In this document: positions 48,305-59,633 of the stretch, in pieces
Numbering within the stretch: the stretch's first letter is position 1
Layout of the letters: every line of letters starts with the position of its first letter
Assembly: GCA_963845145.1 (NCBI GenBank)
Contig: CAWJQU010000005.1
Coordinates: 1,248,001 to 1,312,000, forward strand
DNA from: an uncultured delta proteobacterium
GTDB lineage: Bacteria; Desulfobacterota; Desulfobacteria; Desulfobacterales; QNYZ01
Direction: 5' to 3'
DNA length: 64,000 nt
Translations under genes and position numbers: made by a program
Notes under the pieces: model-generated
Told to the model about the DNA's origin: nothing
Seen by the model: only the letters and a program-made list of their open reading frames with translations
Database searches by the model: none

Positions 48305-48559
48305 CTATTCGGCCCTGGAAAAAGCCTCTTCCTTTTTCAGAATGCTTTTGACGGTGTCTGACGGGAGGGCTCCTTGTTCGATCCAATATTGAACCCGCTC
48401 CGCTTCCAGATTCACCGCCACCGGATCTTTCAGGGGATCGTAGGTCCCCAGTATTTCCAAAAATTTTCCATCCCGGGGACTTTCAATGTCCGCCGCAACG
48501 ATACGGTAAAATGGTCTTTTTTTGGCGCCATATCTGGCCAGCCTAATTTTTACGGACAT
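48305..48559 (-). CDS. rpsP: 30S ribosomal protein S16
   Basis: [21 protein letters not shown]. Confidence 0.98.
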   Translation of the reverse strand: MSVKIRLARYGAKKRPFYRIVAADIESPRDGKFLEILGTYDPLKDPVAVNLEAERVQYWIEQGALPSDTVKSILKKEEAFSRAE

Positions 48560-48587
48560 TCTCTCTCCTATCCTATCCCACTAAAGA

Positions 48588-49916
48588 TTAAAACGGGAAA
48601 CCACCGCGGCCCAAAGCGCGCATTCCCCCTTTGTTCATTTTTTTCATCATTTTCATCACTTGGGCATAATTTTTCAACAATTTGTTTACTTCTTGTACAC
48701 TGGTTCCGCTCCCTTTAGCAATCCTTTTTCGACGACTGCCATTGATGATGGCATGCTTTTGGCGCTCAATGGGTGTCATGGAGTTAATCATGGCCTCTAC
48801 CCTGATCAATTCACGGTCATCCACCTTCAAATGCTTTAACTGTTTGCGCCCGATGCCGGGGATCATTTTGATCAGGTCGGTGATTGATCCCATCTTGCGA
48901 ATTTGCACCATCTGGTCTTTGAAATCCTCCAACGTGAACTGGCTTTTGCGTAGTTTTTTCTCCAGTTCAACGGCTTTTTTCTCATCAACAACCGACTGGG
49001 CCTTCTCGATGATGGTGAGCACATCGCCCATGCCCAGAATTCGCGAGGCCATGCGTTCCGGGTGAAAGGCTTCCAAGTCCTCAGATTTTTCACCCACGCC
49101 GACAAACTTGATCGGCTTGCCCGTAACCGATTTGATGGAGATCGCCGCCCCGCCACGGGCATCGCCATCCATCTTGCTCAGTACGACTCCGCCGACATCA
49201 AGCGCATCGTTAAAGGCCTTGGCGCTGTTCACGGCATCCTGGCCGGTCATGGCGTCGGCCACGAAAAGAATGTCCGTTGGATTGACGGCTGCCTTGATCC
49301 GACGAAGTTCATCCATCAACGCTTCATCGACATGGAGCCGACCGGCGGTGTCCAAAATGACCACATCGCAACCCTGATGGTGGGCCGCTGTGCGTGCCGC
49401 CTGGCAAATACCCACCGGATCCATGTCCGTTTGGGAACCAAAGACAGGGACATTGAGCTGGCTGCCCAGTTTGGTGAGCTGGTCGATGGCCGCCGGGCGG
49501 TAGACATCGGCAGGCACCAAATAGGGCCTTTTACCCTTATTGCGTAAATAGACGCTCAACTTACCGGCCGTGGTCGTTTTACCGGAACCTTGTAATCCGA
49601 CCAACATAACCGCAACGGGATGGGGTCCGCTGAGCCTCAGGTCCTCATGGTGCTCACCCATCAGGCGGGTCAGTTCTTCATTGACAATCTTGACGACTTG
49701 TTGACCCGGTGTTAGGCTGCCCATCACCTCCTGGCCCATGGCACGGGTTTTAATGTCGGCAATAAACCGCTTGACGACGCGATAATGCACGTCAGCTTCA
49801 AGCAGGGCCATGCGAACCTGTTTGAGGCCTACCTCAACATTTTTTTCAGACAGCTTGCCCTGCCCCTTGAGCTGTTTGAAAACGTCGTTTAGTTTATCTG
49901 TAAGGGCATCAAACAT
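48588..49916 (-). CDS. ffh: Signal recognition particle protein Ffh
   Basis: GLQGSGKTT, DTAGR, DGDARGG, M domain. Confidence 0.98.
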   Translation of the reverse strand: MFDALTDKLNDVFKQLKGQGKLSEKNVEVGLKQVRMALLEADVHYRVVKRFIADIKTRAMGQEVMGSLTPGQQVVKIVNEELTRLMGEHHEDLRLSGPHPVAVMLVGLQGSGKTTTAGKLSVYLRNKGKRPYLVPADVYRPAAIDQLTKLGSQLNVPVFGSQTDMDPVGICQAARTAAHHQGCDVVILDTAGRLHVDEALMDELRRIKAAVNPTDILFVADAMTGQDAVNSAKAFNDALDVGGVVLSKMDGDARGGAAISIKSVTGKPIKFVGVGEKSEDLEAFHPERMASRILGMGDVLTIIEKAQSVVDEKKAVELEKKLRKSQFTLEDFKDQMVQIRKMGSITDLIKMIPGIGRKQLKHLKVDDRELIRVEAMINSMTPIERQKHAIINGSRRKRIAKGSGTSVQEVNKLLKNYAQVMKMMKKMNKGGMRALGRGGFPF

Positions 49917-50003
49917 TGAGTTTCGATTGTCCTACAATCATCCCCAAAATGTGAACCAATATTTTCATTGCGAAAACCTTTACAATAATCTATTTTAGCA
50001 TCA

Positions 50004-51083
50004 ATGTCAAGAATTTATCCTACACAAGATCGTTGCGATCATAAAAAATCGGATATTAAAGAGCTGACCTTGGCGGCCCTTAAAACATGGCTGGAGAATG
50101 AGGGGGCCAAGCCATATCATGCCGGACAAATTTTCAAATGGATATACGCCCGACAGGCCGATAGTTTCGACGAAATGACCGATGTCGGCAAGCCGTTGCG
50201 CGCCCAATTGGCAGACGATTTCACCATCGCCCGTCTTGACCAGGTAAAGGTGGAAACCGCTACCGACGGCACACGTAAATATCTGTTCAAACTCGGCGAT
50301 GGCAATCTCATTGAAAGCGTGCTCATACCGGAACGCAACCATGATACCTTATGCATTTCCAGCCAGGTGGGGTGCGCGCAAGGATGTCGGTTTTGTCTGA
50401 CGGGTCAAGGCGGCTTTGTGCGCGATCTGACCCGGGGTGAAATTGTTGCCCAGATTCGGGATATCCGCAAGGAACGGGGCGATTCAGCTCGTCTGACAAA
50501 CCTGGTCTTCATGGGAATGGGGGAGCCATTAGCCAACTACGACCATGTTGTCTCGGCGTTGGCGACTATTCGGGATGCTCGTTTTGGCCTGGCTTTTACC
50601 TCGCGACGGGTTACCCTGTCCACCGCGGGGCTGGTGCCCAATATGGCTCGTCTGGGTCAGGATTCCGATGTGAGCCTGGCCGTTAGTTTAAACGCCGCCG
50701 ATAACCACACGCGCAGTCGACTCATGCCGATTAATCGGCACTATCCCATCGAAACACTCATTGAGGCCTGCCGCCTATACCCCCTAAAAAAATATCGAAA
50801 AATTACTTTTGAGTATATTTTGATCAAAGATGTTAATGATTCACCCCAAGACGCCGAGCGTCTGGGAAGAATGCTGAGTCCGGCCTGGGCCAAAATTAAT
50901 CTGATTCCGTTCAATCCGTTTGAGGGGAGCGTTTTCTCGCGGCCTGAAAATGCGACCATTGATCGTTTCATCGCGATACTGCATCGCCGGCAGTTTGTCG
51001 CCATTGTTCGGCACAGCAAGGGACCGGATATCTCCGCTGCCTGCGGACAGCTTCGTGTCCGGGCTGCGTTAGAGAATCAATAG
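50004..51083 (+). CDS. rlmN: 23S rRNA m2A2503 methyltransferase RlmN
   Basis: SSQVGCAQGCRFC, MGMGEP, ACGQL. Confidence 0.96.
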   Translation: MSRIYPTQDRCDHKKSDIKELTLAALKTWLENEGAKPYHAGQIFKWIYARQADSFDEMTDVGKPLRAQLADDFTIARLDQVKVETATDGTRKYLFKLGDGNLIESVLIPERNHDTLCISSQVGCAQGCRFCLTGQGGFVRDLTRGEIVAQIRDIRKERGDSARLTNLVFMGMGEPLANYDHVVSALATIRDARFGLAFTSRRVTLSTAGLVPNMARLGQDSDVSLAVSLNAADNHTRSRLMPINRHYPIETLIEACRLYPLKKYRKITFEYILIKDVNDSPQDAERLGRMLSPAWAKINLIPFNPFEGSVFSRPENATIDRFIAILHRRQFVAIVRHSKGPDISAACGQLRVRAALENQ

Positions 51084-52076
51084 ATCATGATTGTCTATTG
51101 GGGCACTGGGTAAGACGCGAACCAAGCGGTGTTTCCCTTTCTTTGTCACAAGAACTTCCACTGACTGATTTAGGGGGGCTTTGGTATAACCTGCGCAAAT
51201 GGCAGCGGCTTGCTTCAGGGTCTGTTCGTCGATATCTCCGCCGGGGATAAGGGTCGTGGGGCCGGGGAGTCTCATTGTCTTCAAAACCATATCCCGTTCG
51301 GCATCCATGGTTTGCATAATGGATTCGTTCTCTTTTTGGGTTCGGCCCACGATGATCTTGGTTTGAGGGCTCAATCGTAAATGGCGGCCATATTTGAGCA
51401 GGTGCATTTCGGATTCGGTGGTGTCGCTTTGATGACTAAAAAGGTCCTTTAACCGGTTGGTGTACCCCTTGTCGGTGAGCAAACAGCCGCCAGCGGGAGC
51501 TGGATACGTTGTCAGTCCATATTCGGCGGCGAGTCGGATTTGCGGTTTTCGGGATCGGCCGGTCAGATCCAGCAGGCGCTCCCGATCAACCAACCTTTTT
51601 TGTTCCGGTATACTTTCTGGCAGACGTTTTGCGCTTAGTGGACGAAGAATGTATCCATCCATTCCGGAGCGTTTGGCCACATAGCGCAGGGATGGAAAAG
51701 TCTGGGACATGGGGCGCTGGCCCAACACCTCCCCGGAAAATAAAAAATCAAAGCCCTCGGCTTGCATTATTTCACCCGCTAACTTGAACATCAGGGCATG
51801 GCAATCCATACAAGGGTTCATGTATTGTCCATATCCGGCAGGCGGGTCTTTCAACATGTCCATGTAAATGGAAAATATCGGTCGGACAATGAGGGGTATG
51901 CCGGTGATTTCTGATGCCTTGCGGGCTTTCGCCGCTGAAAAAAAAGGCGTTTCAAACGAAACCCAGGTCACATCAATACCCTGATCTTTTAGCACCAGAC
52001 CCGAAAGCATGCTGTCTAACCCACCCGAACAAAGCCCCAGGCCGCGAACCCGTTTTGACTGTTTGTTCTCCCTCAT
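51069..52076 (-). CDS. ThiI/MnmA-like PP-loop tRNA sulfurtransferase with DUF814-like C-terminus
   Basis: SGGLDS, NPCMDCH, GEVLGQRPMSQ, PAGGCLLT. Confidence 0.8.
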   Translation of the reverse strand: MRENKQSKRVRGLGLCSGGLDSMLSGLVLKDQGIDVTWVSFETPFFSAAKARKASEITGIPLIVRPIFSIYMDMLKDPPAGYGQYMNPCMDCHALMFKLAGEIMQAEGFDFLFSGEVLGQRPMSQTFPSLRYVAKRSGMDGYILRPLSAKRLPESIPEQKRLVDRERLLDLTGRSRKPQIRLAAEYGLTTYPAPAGGCLLTDKGYTNRLKDLFSHQSDTTESEMHLLKYGRHLRLSPQTKIIVGRTQKENESIMQTMDAERDMVLKTMRLPGPTTLIPGGDIDEQTLKQAAAICAGYTKAPLNQSVEVLVTKKGKHRLVRVLPSAPIDNHDLLIL

Positions 52077-52323
52077 ACCCCGCCTTTTTATGTAAAAATC
52101 TTCGGATGATTGCAAATCAGCCCAAAAACGTAATCGTCGTCATTATCGGTGTCAAGCCGATTAGGCTTAAACCGGTTAGGCTTAAATCGGATGTGCCAGC
52201 GATGTGAATACCTGGTAAAAGGCCAAAAAAGATGATAGTGCCGATGATAATGACCAACAGGTACCCGGCTGCAGGCTTTACGCAGATGACCTGTTTGCAC
52301 CCATCACTCTGAGGCTTCTCAAG

Positions 52324-53256
52324 TTGGATGAACATTCGATTCAAAATCAAAATCTCGATCCCGGCGCCGCAATTTTCTGCGGTTTTTTATGCGTTTTGTT
52401 TGGGGCGAATGCGGTGGCGATTAAAATCACCCTGATGGGAATGGGGCCGTTTACCATCGCAGGAATACGATTTTCATTGGCCGCTCTTATTATTTTTGTT
52501 TGGGTGCTGAGTTCAGGGCGACATGTCGGTTTTTCCAGGTCCCAGTTTAAGCCGATTTTAATTTTATCTTTAATCTTTGCCGGCCAAATGTCCCTTTTTT
52601 ATCTTGGTCTTAGCCGAACCAATGCCTCCCGAGGTACCTTGCTGGGCAACCTTCAACCGTTTTTCACTCTTTTTCTGGCACACTATTTCATCCCCGGCGA
52701 TCAGATCACCCGCCGTAAATTTTTCGGTATTCTTTTGGGTTTTAGCGGCGTGGCTTTCGTATTTCTGGAAACAAAAGGCGGTAATGCCGGAGAGTTGCGT
52801 TCGGGTGATTTCATTATCATGTTGGCGACGATCTTGTGGGCCATCAACGCCGTTTACATCAAACGGATTATCAGCCGGGTTGAGCCCTACCAGATCGTGA
52901 TGTATCAAATGATTTTTGGTGGGTTCATCTTCTTTTTGGAAGCCTGGTTGTGGGATCCGCCGATGATATCTCCACCGGACATGAAAGTGCTCGGGGCACT
53001 TTTCTATCAAACCGTGATTACGGCAGCCTTTGGATTCCTGGCGTGGACCTATTTATTGCAACGATATGGTACCGTGGCTCTGCACTCATTTATTTTCATT
53101 ATGCCCATCGCCGGGGTTTTGCTGGGTGGCCTGATCCTCGATGAACCAATCACAGGTAAAATTCTGGTGGCCTTACTGCTCATTGTCACGGGCATTTTGA
53201 TAGTCCACTTCAAGCCGGAAAAACGGCCGGTCCCCATTCGTTTTTACAAGGGTTAG
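52324..53256 (+). CDS. EamA/DMT family transporter
   Basis: About 10 TM helices in two EamA repeats. Confidence 0.9.
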   Translation: MDEHSIQNQNLDPGAAIFCGFLCVLFGANAVAIKITLMGMGPFTIAGIRFSLAALIIFVWVLSSGRHVGFSRSQFKPILILSLIFAGQMSLFYLGLSRTNASRGTLLGNLQPFFTLFLAHYFIPGDQITRRKFFGILLGFSGVAFVFLETKGGNAGELRSGDFIIMLATILWAINAVYIKRIISRVEPYQIVMYQMIFGGFIFFLEAWLWDPPMISPPDMKVLGALFYQTVITAAFGFLAWTYLLQRYGTVALHSFIFIMPIAGVLLGGLILDEPITGKILVALLLIVTGILIVHFKPEKRPVPIRFYKG

Positions 53257-53369
53257 AATCTCAACCCCCATAAACAAAAAAAATCAACTTGCTCCCGCCA
53301 AAGTTATTCGTTAAGAGCCAATATTCGCAAACGAATACTTTTCAACAGGTACCGGGAAAATCGGATGTA

Positions 53370-54287
53370 ATGGAAAATCGCGCTTTAAAATCAAATAGTC
53401 TTCTTTTGCTTACCGCCGCCATCTGGGGGTTTGCCTTTGTGGCCCAGCGTGCGGGCATGGATTATTTGGGTCCATTCACGTTTAACGGTGTAAGGTTTGC
53501 TCTGGGAAGTTTGACCCTGCTTCCTTTTTTGGTGGCAACCGAGAAAAAGCAACCATCTGTTTTAAAAATCTCACGCAAGTCAATCTATTTGGGATGTGGC
53601 ATCACCGGATGTGTTCTTTTTATGGGGGCCTCTCTGCAGCAGGTAGGGATTACGTCAACGACTGCCGGAAAGGCTGGTTTTATTACCGGGCTTTATGTGG
53701 TGATCGTTCCGATATTCGGCCTGTTTCTAAAACAGCATACCGACGGCGGTACATGGATAGGGGCGGGGTTGGCTGCCGTGGGGTTGTATTTCCTCAGCAT
53801 GACCGAGCAATTCACCATTCAATACGGTGACTTTTTGGTATTTCTGAGTGCCTTTTTCTGGAGCATTCATGTTTTGATCATTGCCTGGCTTTCACCTCGT
53901 GTCAATCCAGTCAAGATCGCCTTCATTCAGTTTGTTATCTGTTCAGTATTGAGTTTTATCGTGGCCCTAATTATCGAAACGATTAATATCTCAGGGATTT
54001 TACAAGCAGCAATACCCATCATTTACAGCGGCGTCTTATCCGTGGGAATTGCCTATACGCTGCAGGTGGTGGCCCAAAAAAACGCTCACCCCGCCCACGC
54101 CGCCATCATTTTAAGCCTGGAAACGGTCTTTGCGGCAATCGGTGGTTGGTTTTTATTAAACGAAGTGCTTTCGTCGCGTGAAATATTCGGCTGTTCGCTA
54201 ATGCTGGCCGGTATGATTATCTCGCAACTTTGGAATTATTTATTACAGGTTCGTCATAATCGGCGCATCGCCGAACGCCTTACATGA
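53370..54287 (+). CDS. EamA/DMT family transporter
   Basis: IWGFAFVAQ, KAGFITGLY, SLETVFA; likely ATG 53370. Confidence 0.92.
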   Translation: MENRALKSNSLLLLTAAIWGFAFVAQRAGMDYLGPFTFNGVRFALGSLTLLPFLVATEKKQPSVLKISRKSIYLGCGITGCVLFMGASLQQVGITSTTAGKAGFITGLYVVIVPIFGLFLKQHTDGGTWIGAGLAAVGLYFLSMTEQFTIQYGDFLVFLSAFFWSIHVLIIAWLSPRVNPVKIAFIQFVICSVLSFIVALIIETINISGILQAAIPIIYSGVLSVGIAYTLQVVAQKNAHPAHAAIILSLETVFAAIGGWFLLNEVLSSREIFGCSLMLAGMIISQLWNYLLQVRHNRRIAERLT

Positions 54288-54362
54288 AAACAACCACCCA
54301 TTCCACCGCTGTCGGTTAAGGCCTTGTAGGGTTGCCATACCAGTGCGGTAGGTTCGAAAACA

Positions 54363-55769
54363 TTAAAAGTAGCTGGAACAGTCCCAGCAGTGCGTACAAA
54401 GCTTTTCTTTAGGCATTCCAATGGCGGTAACCAGATTTTCCAATTTCTGGTATTTAAGCGATGTCAATTTTAAATCCTTCCCGATGCCTTCCACCATGCG
54501 CCGGTTTTCGTCGCTGTCCGATTTTGCATAGGGGCTGATATCCGTTTCTTGACCATTTTCCAGTTGATTGATTACTTTTCGTCCGGCCAGGTCGAGGGTT
54601 GAGCGGGAAGTGGAGAAGTTTATGAATTCACACGGGTAGACCAGGGTCGGACATGCCGGGCGCATGTGAACTTCTTTGGCCCCCACGTCGAAAAGAATTT
54701 GAATATTTTCCCTTAGCTGGGTACCACGAACGATCGAGTCTTCACAAAAGAGGATTTTTTGGCCTTCGATCAACTTGCGAATGGGGATCAGTTTCATTCG
54801 TGCCACCAGATCTCTCAATTCCTGATTTTGGGGCATAAAACTTCTCGGCCATGTGGGGGTGTATTTTACAAAAGGCCGCACGTAAGGAATTTTTTTGCTG
54901 TTGGCGTATCCGAGGGCATGGCCGATGCCCGAATCGGGGATGCCGGCCACACAATCGATATCGATATCATCGTCTATGGCCAGCGCTTCACCGCATCGGT
55001 TGCGGGTATACTCTACGTTGATTCCTTCGTATTCTGAGGCAGGGTACCCATAGTACACCCATAAAAAAGCGCAGACTTGCATGGCCTTGCCGGGCGCTTG
55101 GCGCTGTTCACAGCCATCCGGCGTCAAGAGGACGATCTCTCCGGGACCTAAAAACCGATCGATCTCATAGTCCAGGTTGGGAAAGGCGCTGCTTTCTGAC
55201 GCTGCGGCATAACCTTCTTCCTTTTTTCCAATCACAATAGGCGTTCGGCCCAGCCGGTCCCGGGCGGCATAGATGCCCTTATTTGTGAGCAGCAGAATGG
55301 AACATGAGCCCTGGATTCGCTCCTGGGCCTTGATCAGGCCACTTTCAAAAGAGTCCTCTTCGCTGATGAGCATGGACACCATTTCCGTGGGATTGGTTTC
55401 ACCCTTGCCGGTGGTTTCCGAAAAGTGTTGCCGATTGCCGTGGGCTCTTTTAAGCAATGCATCCATATTATTAATTTTACCCACGGTAACAATTCCGAAG
55501 TTGCCCAGATGCGAGCTGACAAGGAGCGGCTGGGGTTCCGTATCACTGATGGCGCCGATGCCTTGGTTGCCGTGAAAACTGGAAATGTCGTCTTCAAATT
55601 TGGACCGGAAATAATTGTTTTCGATATTGTGGATGGATCGCTTGAATCCGTCGGCATTTTTTACCGCCAGTCCTCCGCGGCGTGTTCCGAGATGGGAGTG
55701 GTAGTCCGTCCCATAAAAAAGGTCGCTCACACAATCTTTTGTTAATGTGGCACCGAAAAGTCCGCCCAT
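54363..55769 (-). CDS. purF: Amidophosphoribosyltransferase, Cys1-less variant
   Basis: RDRLGRTP, PRPP loop EDSIVRGT, C-terminal CTHC; N-terminus MGGLFG. Confidence 0.88.
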   Translation of the reverse strand: MGGLFGATLTKDCVSDLFYGTDYHSHLGTRRGGLAVKNADGFKRSIHNIENNYFRSKFEDDISSFHGNQGIGAISDTEPQPLLVSSHLGNFGIVTVGKINNMDALLKRAHGNRQHFSETTGKGETNPTEMVSMLISEEDSFESGLIKAQERIQGSCSILLLTNKGIYAARDRLGRTPIVIGKKEEGYAAASESSAFPNLDYEIDRFLGPGEIVLLTPDGCEQRQAPGKAMQVCAFLWVYYGYPASEYEGINVEYTRNRCGEALAIDDDIDIDCVAGIPDSGIGHALGYANSKKIPYVRPFVKYTPTWPRSFMPQNQELRDLVARMKLIPIRKLIEGQKILFCEDSIVRGTQLRENIQILFDVGAKEVHMRPACPTLVYPCEFINFSTSRSTLDLAGRKVINQLENGQETDISPYAKSDSDENRRMVEGIGKDLKLTSLKYQKLENLVTAIGMPKEKLCTHCWDCSSYF

Positions 55770-56124
55770 GGTCGTGCTTCTCCTGTTTATGTATGCAGGT
55801 AAATATATAAGGGTTGATAAGCATGCTTACTTAACCCAATTTGTTATGCTTGGCAAATACAACCATTAAATACCACAATGTCGGATGATTTCCGGGCTAG
55901 TATTAAAACATTCGGTGGCATTTTTTGCTCCAATAGTATAAATACCGGCTTTAAACCACAGCCCATGGTGGTCAAAGCCTCATAGCCGCGCCAAATATTG
56001 ACATCTTGTTTATTTTTATCGATTATATCGATCTTTTGTCTCACTTTTTCATTGTAACGAAACGCAGTCTCAATGAGGCTTTTGGAAGGATCGCTGAAAC
56101 TTTTCATAACGAGGGAGGTAATGA

Positions 56125-57708
56125 ATGAATTTGCAACGCGCCAACGCCAACGAGGCCCTTCAAACCAAAAACCGATCACGGGATGTGGCCCCCCAGTCCG
56201 GCATTTGCAGCCGCTGCCTGGATGGCTGCAAGGGAAATTGTGATCTCTTTAAGGCCACTTTCAGGGGGCGGGAATTGCTCTACCCGGGTCCCTTCGGGAG
56301 TGTCACCGCCGGAGCGGATAAAGATTACCCGGTGGATTATTCCCACTTAAATATCATGGGGTACGCTTTGGGGGCCAAAGGCGTGGCGGCGGATCCGGAT
56401 GCAGCGACCTTTCCCACCGTTAATACCGAGACCGAATATGGCGTCACCAACAAAGTGAAGATGAAAGTGCCGATTTTTACCGGCGCTTTGGGCAGCACGG
56501 AAATCGCCCGCCGCAACTGGGAACATTTTGCCATAGGGGCCGCTATCAGCGGTATTAGCCTGGTTTGCGGAGAAAATGTATGCGGTATCGACCCCGAACT
56601 TGAACTGGGCAGCCACGGTAGAGTGGTGAAGTCGCCTGAAATGGATCGTCGCGTCAAAACATACCGGCGTTATCATGAGGGGTATGGCGATATTCTGGTA
56701 CAGATGAACGTGGAAGATACGCGCAACGGTGTGGCCGAATACGTGCTTGAAAACCTGGGCGTTGAAACGATTGAACTCAAATGGGGCCAGGGTGCCAAAT
56801 GTATCGGCGGGGAAATTAAGGTTAATTCTCTGAGTCGCGCACTGGAGCTGAAGAAAAGGGGATATATCGTCACCCCCGATCCGGAAGATCCCGCGCATCA
56901 GGCGGCATTTAAAGCCGGCCCATTAAAACAGTTCGAACGCCATTCCCGTCTGGGCTTTATTGACCAGGAAGGGTTTATGAAAGAGGTGGAGCGGCTCCGC
57001 GCTCTGGGCGCCAAACGGATCACCCTGAAAACCGGTGCGTATCCCATGCGGGAGCTGGCCATGGCGATTCGTTGGTCCAGTGATGCGGGTATCGATTTGC
57101 TGACCATTGATGGCGCGCCCGGTGGCACGGGGATGAGCCCGTGGCGTATGATGACCGAATGGGGCATTCCGGCCATTTACCTGCACTCCATGGCCTATGA
57201 GATGTGTGCGCGCCTGGCCCAAAAAGGCAAACCAGTGCCGGATATCGCCTTTGCCGGAGGCTTTTCTTCCGAAGACCATGTCTTTAAGGCTTTGGCCCTG
57301 GGCGCACCCTATTGTAAGGCGGTCTGCATGGGACGGGCATTGATGATTCCGGGGATGGTAGGGAAAAACGCCGAAAAATGGCTGATGGGAAAAGACGGCG
57401 GCCTGCCCGCCACCGTGTCTAAATTCGGTTTCTCCAAAGAGGAAATTTTCATGAATTACGAAGTCCTAAAGGAAAAATACGGCTCCGAGGTGGATAACTT
57501 TCCGCTGGGCGCCATCGGTATCTACAATGTTTCCGATAAAATCAAGGTGGGTTTGCAGCAGTTGATGGCCGGATCGCGCAGCTGGGGGGTGGAGCATATC
57601 AGCCGCAACGATCTGTTTTCTTTGACCAAAGATTGCGCTGAGATCACCGGCATCCCGTATGTCATGGACGCCTATCGCGAAGAAGCGCTTAAAATTATTG
57701 ACGCGTAA
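56125..57708 (+). CDS. FMN-binding glutamate synthase family protein (single domain)
   Basis: CSRCLDGCKGNC, ELKWGQGAK, TIDGAPGGTG, KALALGA. Confidence 0.88.
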   Translation: MNLQRANANEALQTKNRSRDVAPQSGICSRCLDGCKGNCDLFKATFRGRELLYPGPFGSVTAGADKDYPVDYSHLNIMGYALGAKGVAADPDAATFPTVNTETEYGVTNKVKMKVPIFTGALGSTEIARRNWEHFAIGAAISGISLVCGENVCGIDPELELGSHGRVVKSPEMDRRVKTYRRYHEGYGDILVQMNVEDTRNGVAEYVLENLGVETIELKWGQGAKCIGGEIKVNSLSRALELKKRGYIVTPDPEDPAHQAAFKAGPLKQFERHSRLGFIDQEGFMKEVERLRALGAKRITLKTGAYPMRELAMAIRWSSDAGIDLLTIDGAPGGTGMSPWRMMTEWGIPAIYLHSMAYEMCARLAQKGKPVPDIAFAGGFSSEDHVFKALALGAPYCKAVCMGRALMIPGMVGKNAEKWLMGKDGGLPATVSKFGFSKEEIFMNYEVLKEKYGSEVDNFPLGAIGIYNVSDKIKVGLQQLMAGSRSWGVEHISRNDLFSLTKDCAEITGIPYVMDAYREEALKIIDA

Positions 57709-57716
57709 ACACCTGA

Positions 57717-59093
<1,377 letters not shown>

Positions 59094-59220
59094 ACGCTCA
59101 AGTCGGGCGGGTGGTGGATGTACCCGTCATTTGATATAGGTTTAAAATAATTAAGGGGGAAAACGGTGGCTTCATGACCATGGACACGGTCATCCCCCTT
59201 ATTTCGTGATGGAGGTCTGT

Positions 59221-59496
59221 ATGCTGCCCGAAAAATTGGAAAAAAAGTATACTGATTTTTATGCGGCCACTGCTGAAAACGGTACCATTGATGCCAGAAC
59301 AACGGTGATGATTCAACTGGCGGCAGCCTTTGCCGTCGGATGCTATCCGTGAATGGAGCATTTCTTTGGCGTGGCCAAAGAACTGGGGTTGTCCGATACG
59401 GAAATCGGAACCGTGCAAGCGATCGCTATGGGGGTTTCAGCGGGACGAATACGTGCTCAGTTTCGAGAAGTAAGAGAGCGGATGGGATATGAATAG
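59221..59496 (+). CDS. AhpD/carboxymuconolactone decarboxylase-like selenoprotein (CxxU)
   Basis: RBS GGAGG; MLPEKLEKK...AVGCYP-UGA(59350-59352)-MEHFFGVAKELG...MGYE*; SECIS-like hairpin follows the UGA. Confidence 0.85.
59359..59385 (+). promoter_or_regulatory. Candidate bacterial SECIS element
   Basis: TTCTTTGGC-GTG-GCCAAAGAA perfect 9-bp stem (59362-59382); G-containing loop begins 18 nt after the UGA. Confidence 0.75.
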
Positions 59497-59633
59497 ATTT
59501 CTCTTATTCATTTTCACTCGGACCCTTGTTGGCCGAAAGCCATTTAAACTATCCCAGCAGCTTGACCCAGCAGCTTGACATTGTTTAGCTAAATATTGAT
59601 AAAAGGGCCGTACCGGCAAGAATCAACCCATTT

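Noticed and set aside
52079..52323. SRP RNA or riboswitch near ffh/EamA (caggtca...gcagcc on the minus strand)
   Set aside because: It lacks the SRP GGAA-tetraloop helix and matches no riboswitch consensus I can support.
55916..55928. sigma54 promoter TGGCA...TTGC
   Set aside because: GG-to-GC spacing is 8 nt instead of the required 10.
56027..56094. glnA-like glutamine riboswitch upstream of the glutamate synthase-like gene (ATCGATCT...GAAGGATCGC)
   Set aside because: P1-like and one inner stem are present, but I see no convincing P2 or CGGAAGUA core, and a likely -10 overlaps the 5' end; cmscan would be needed.
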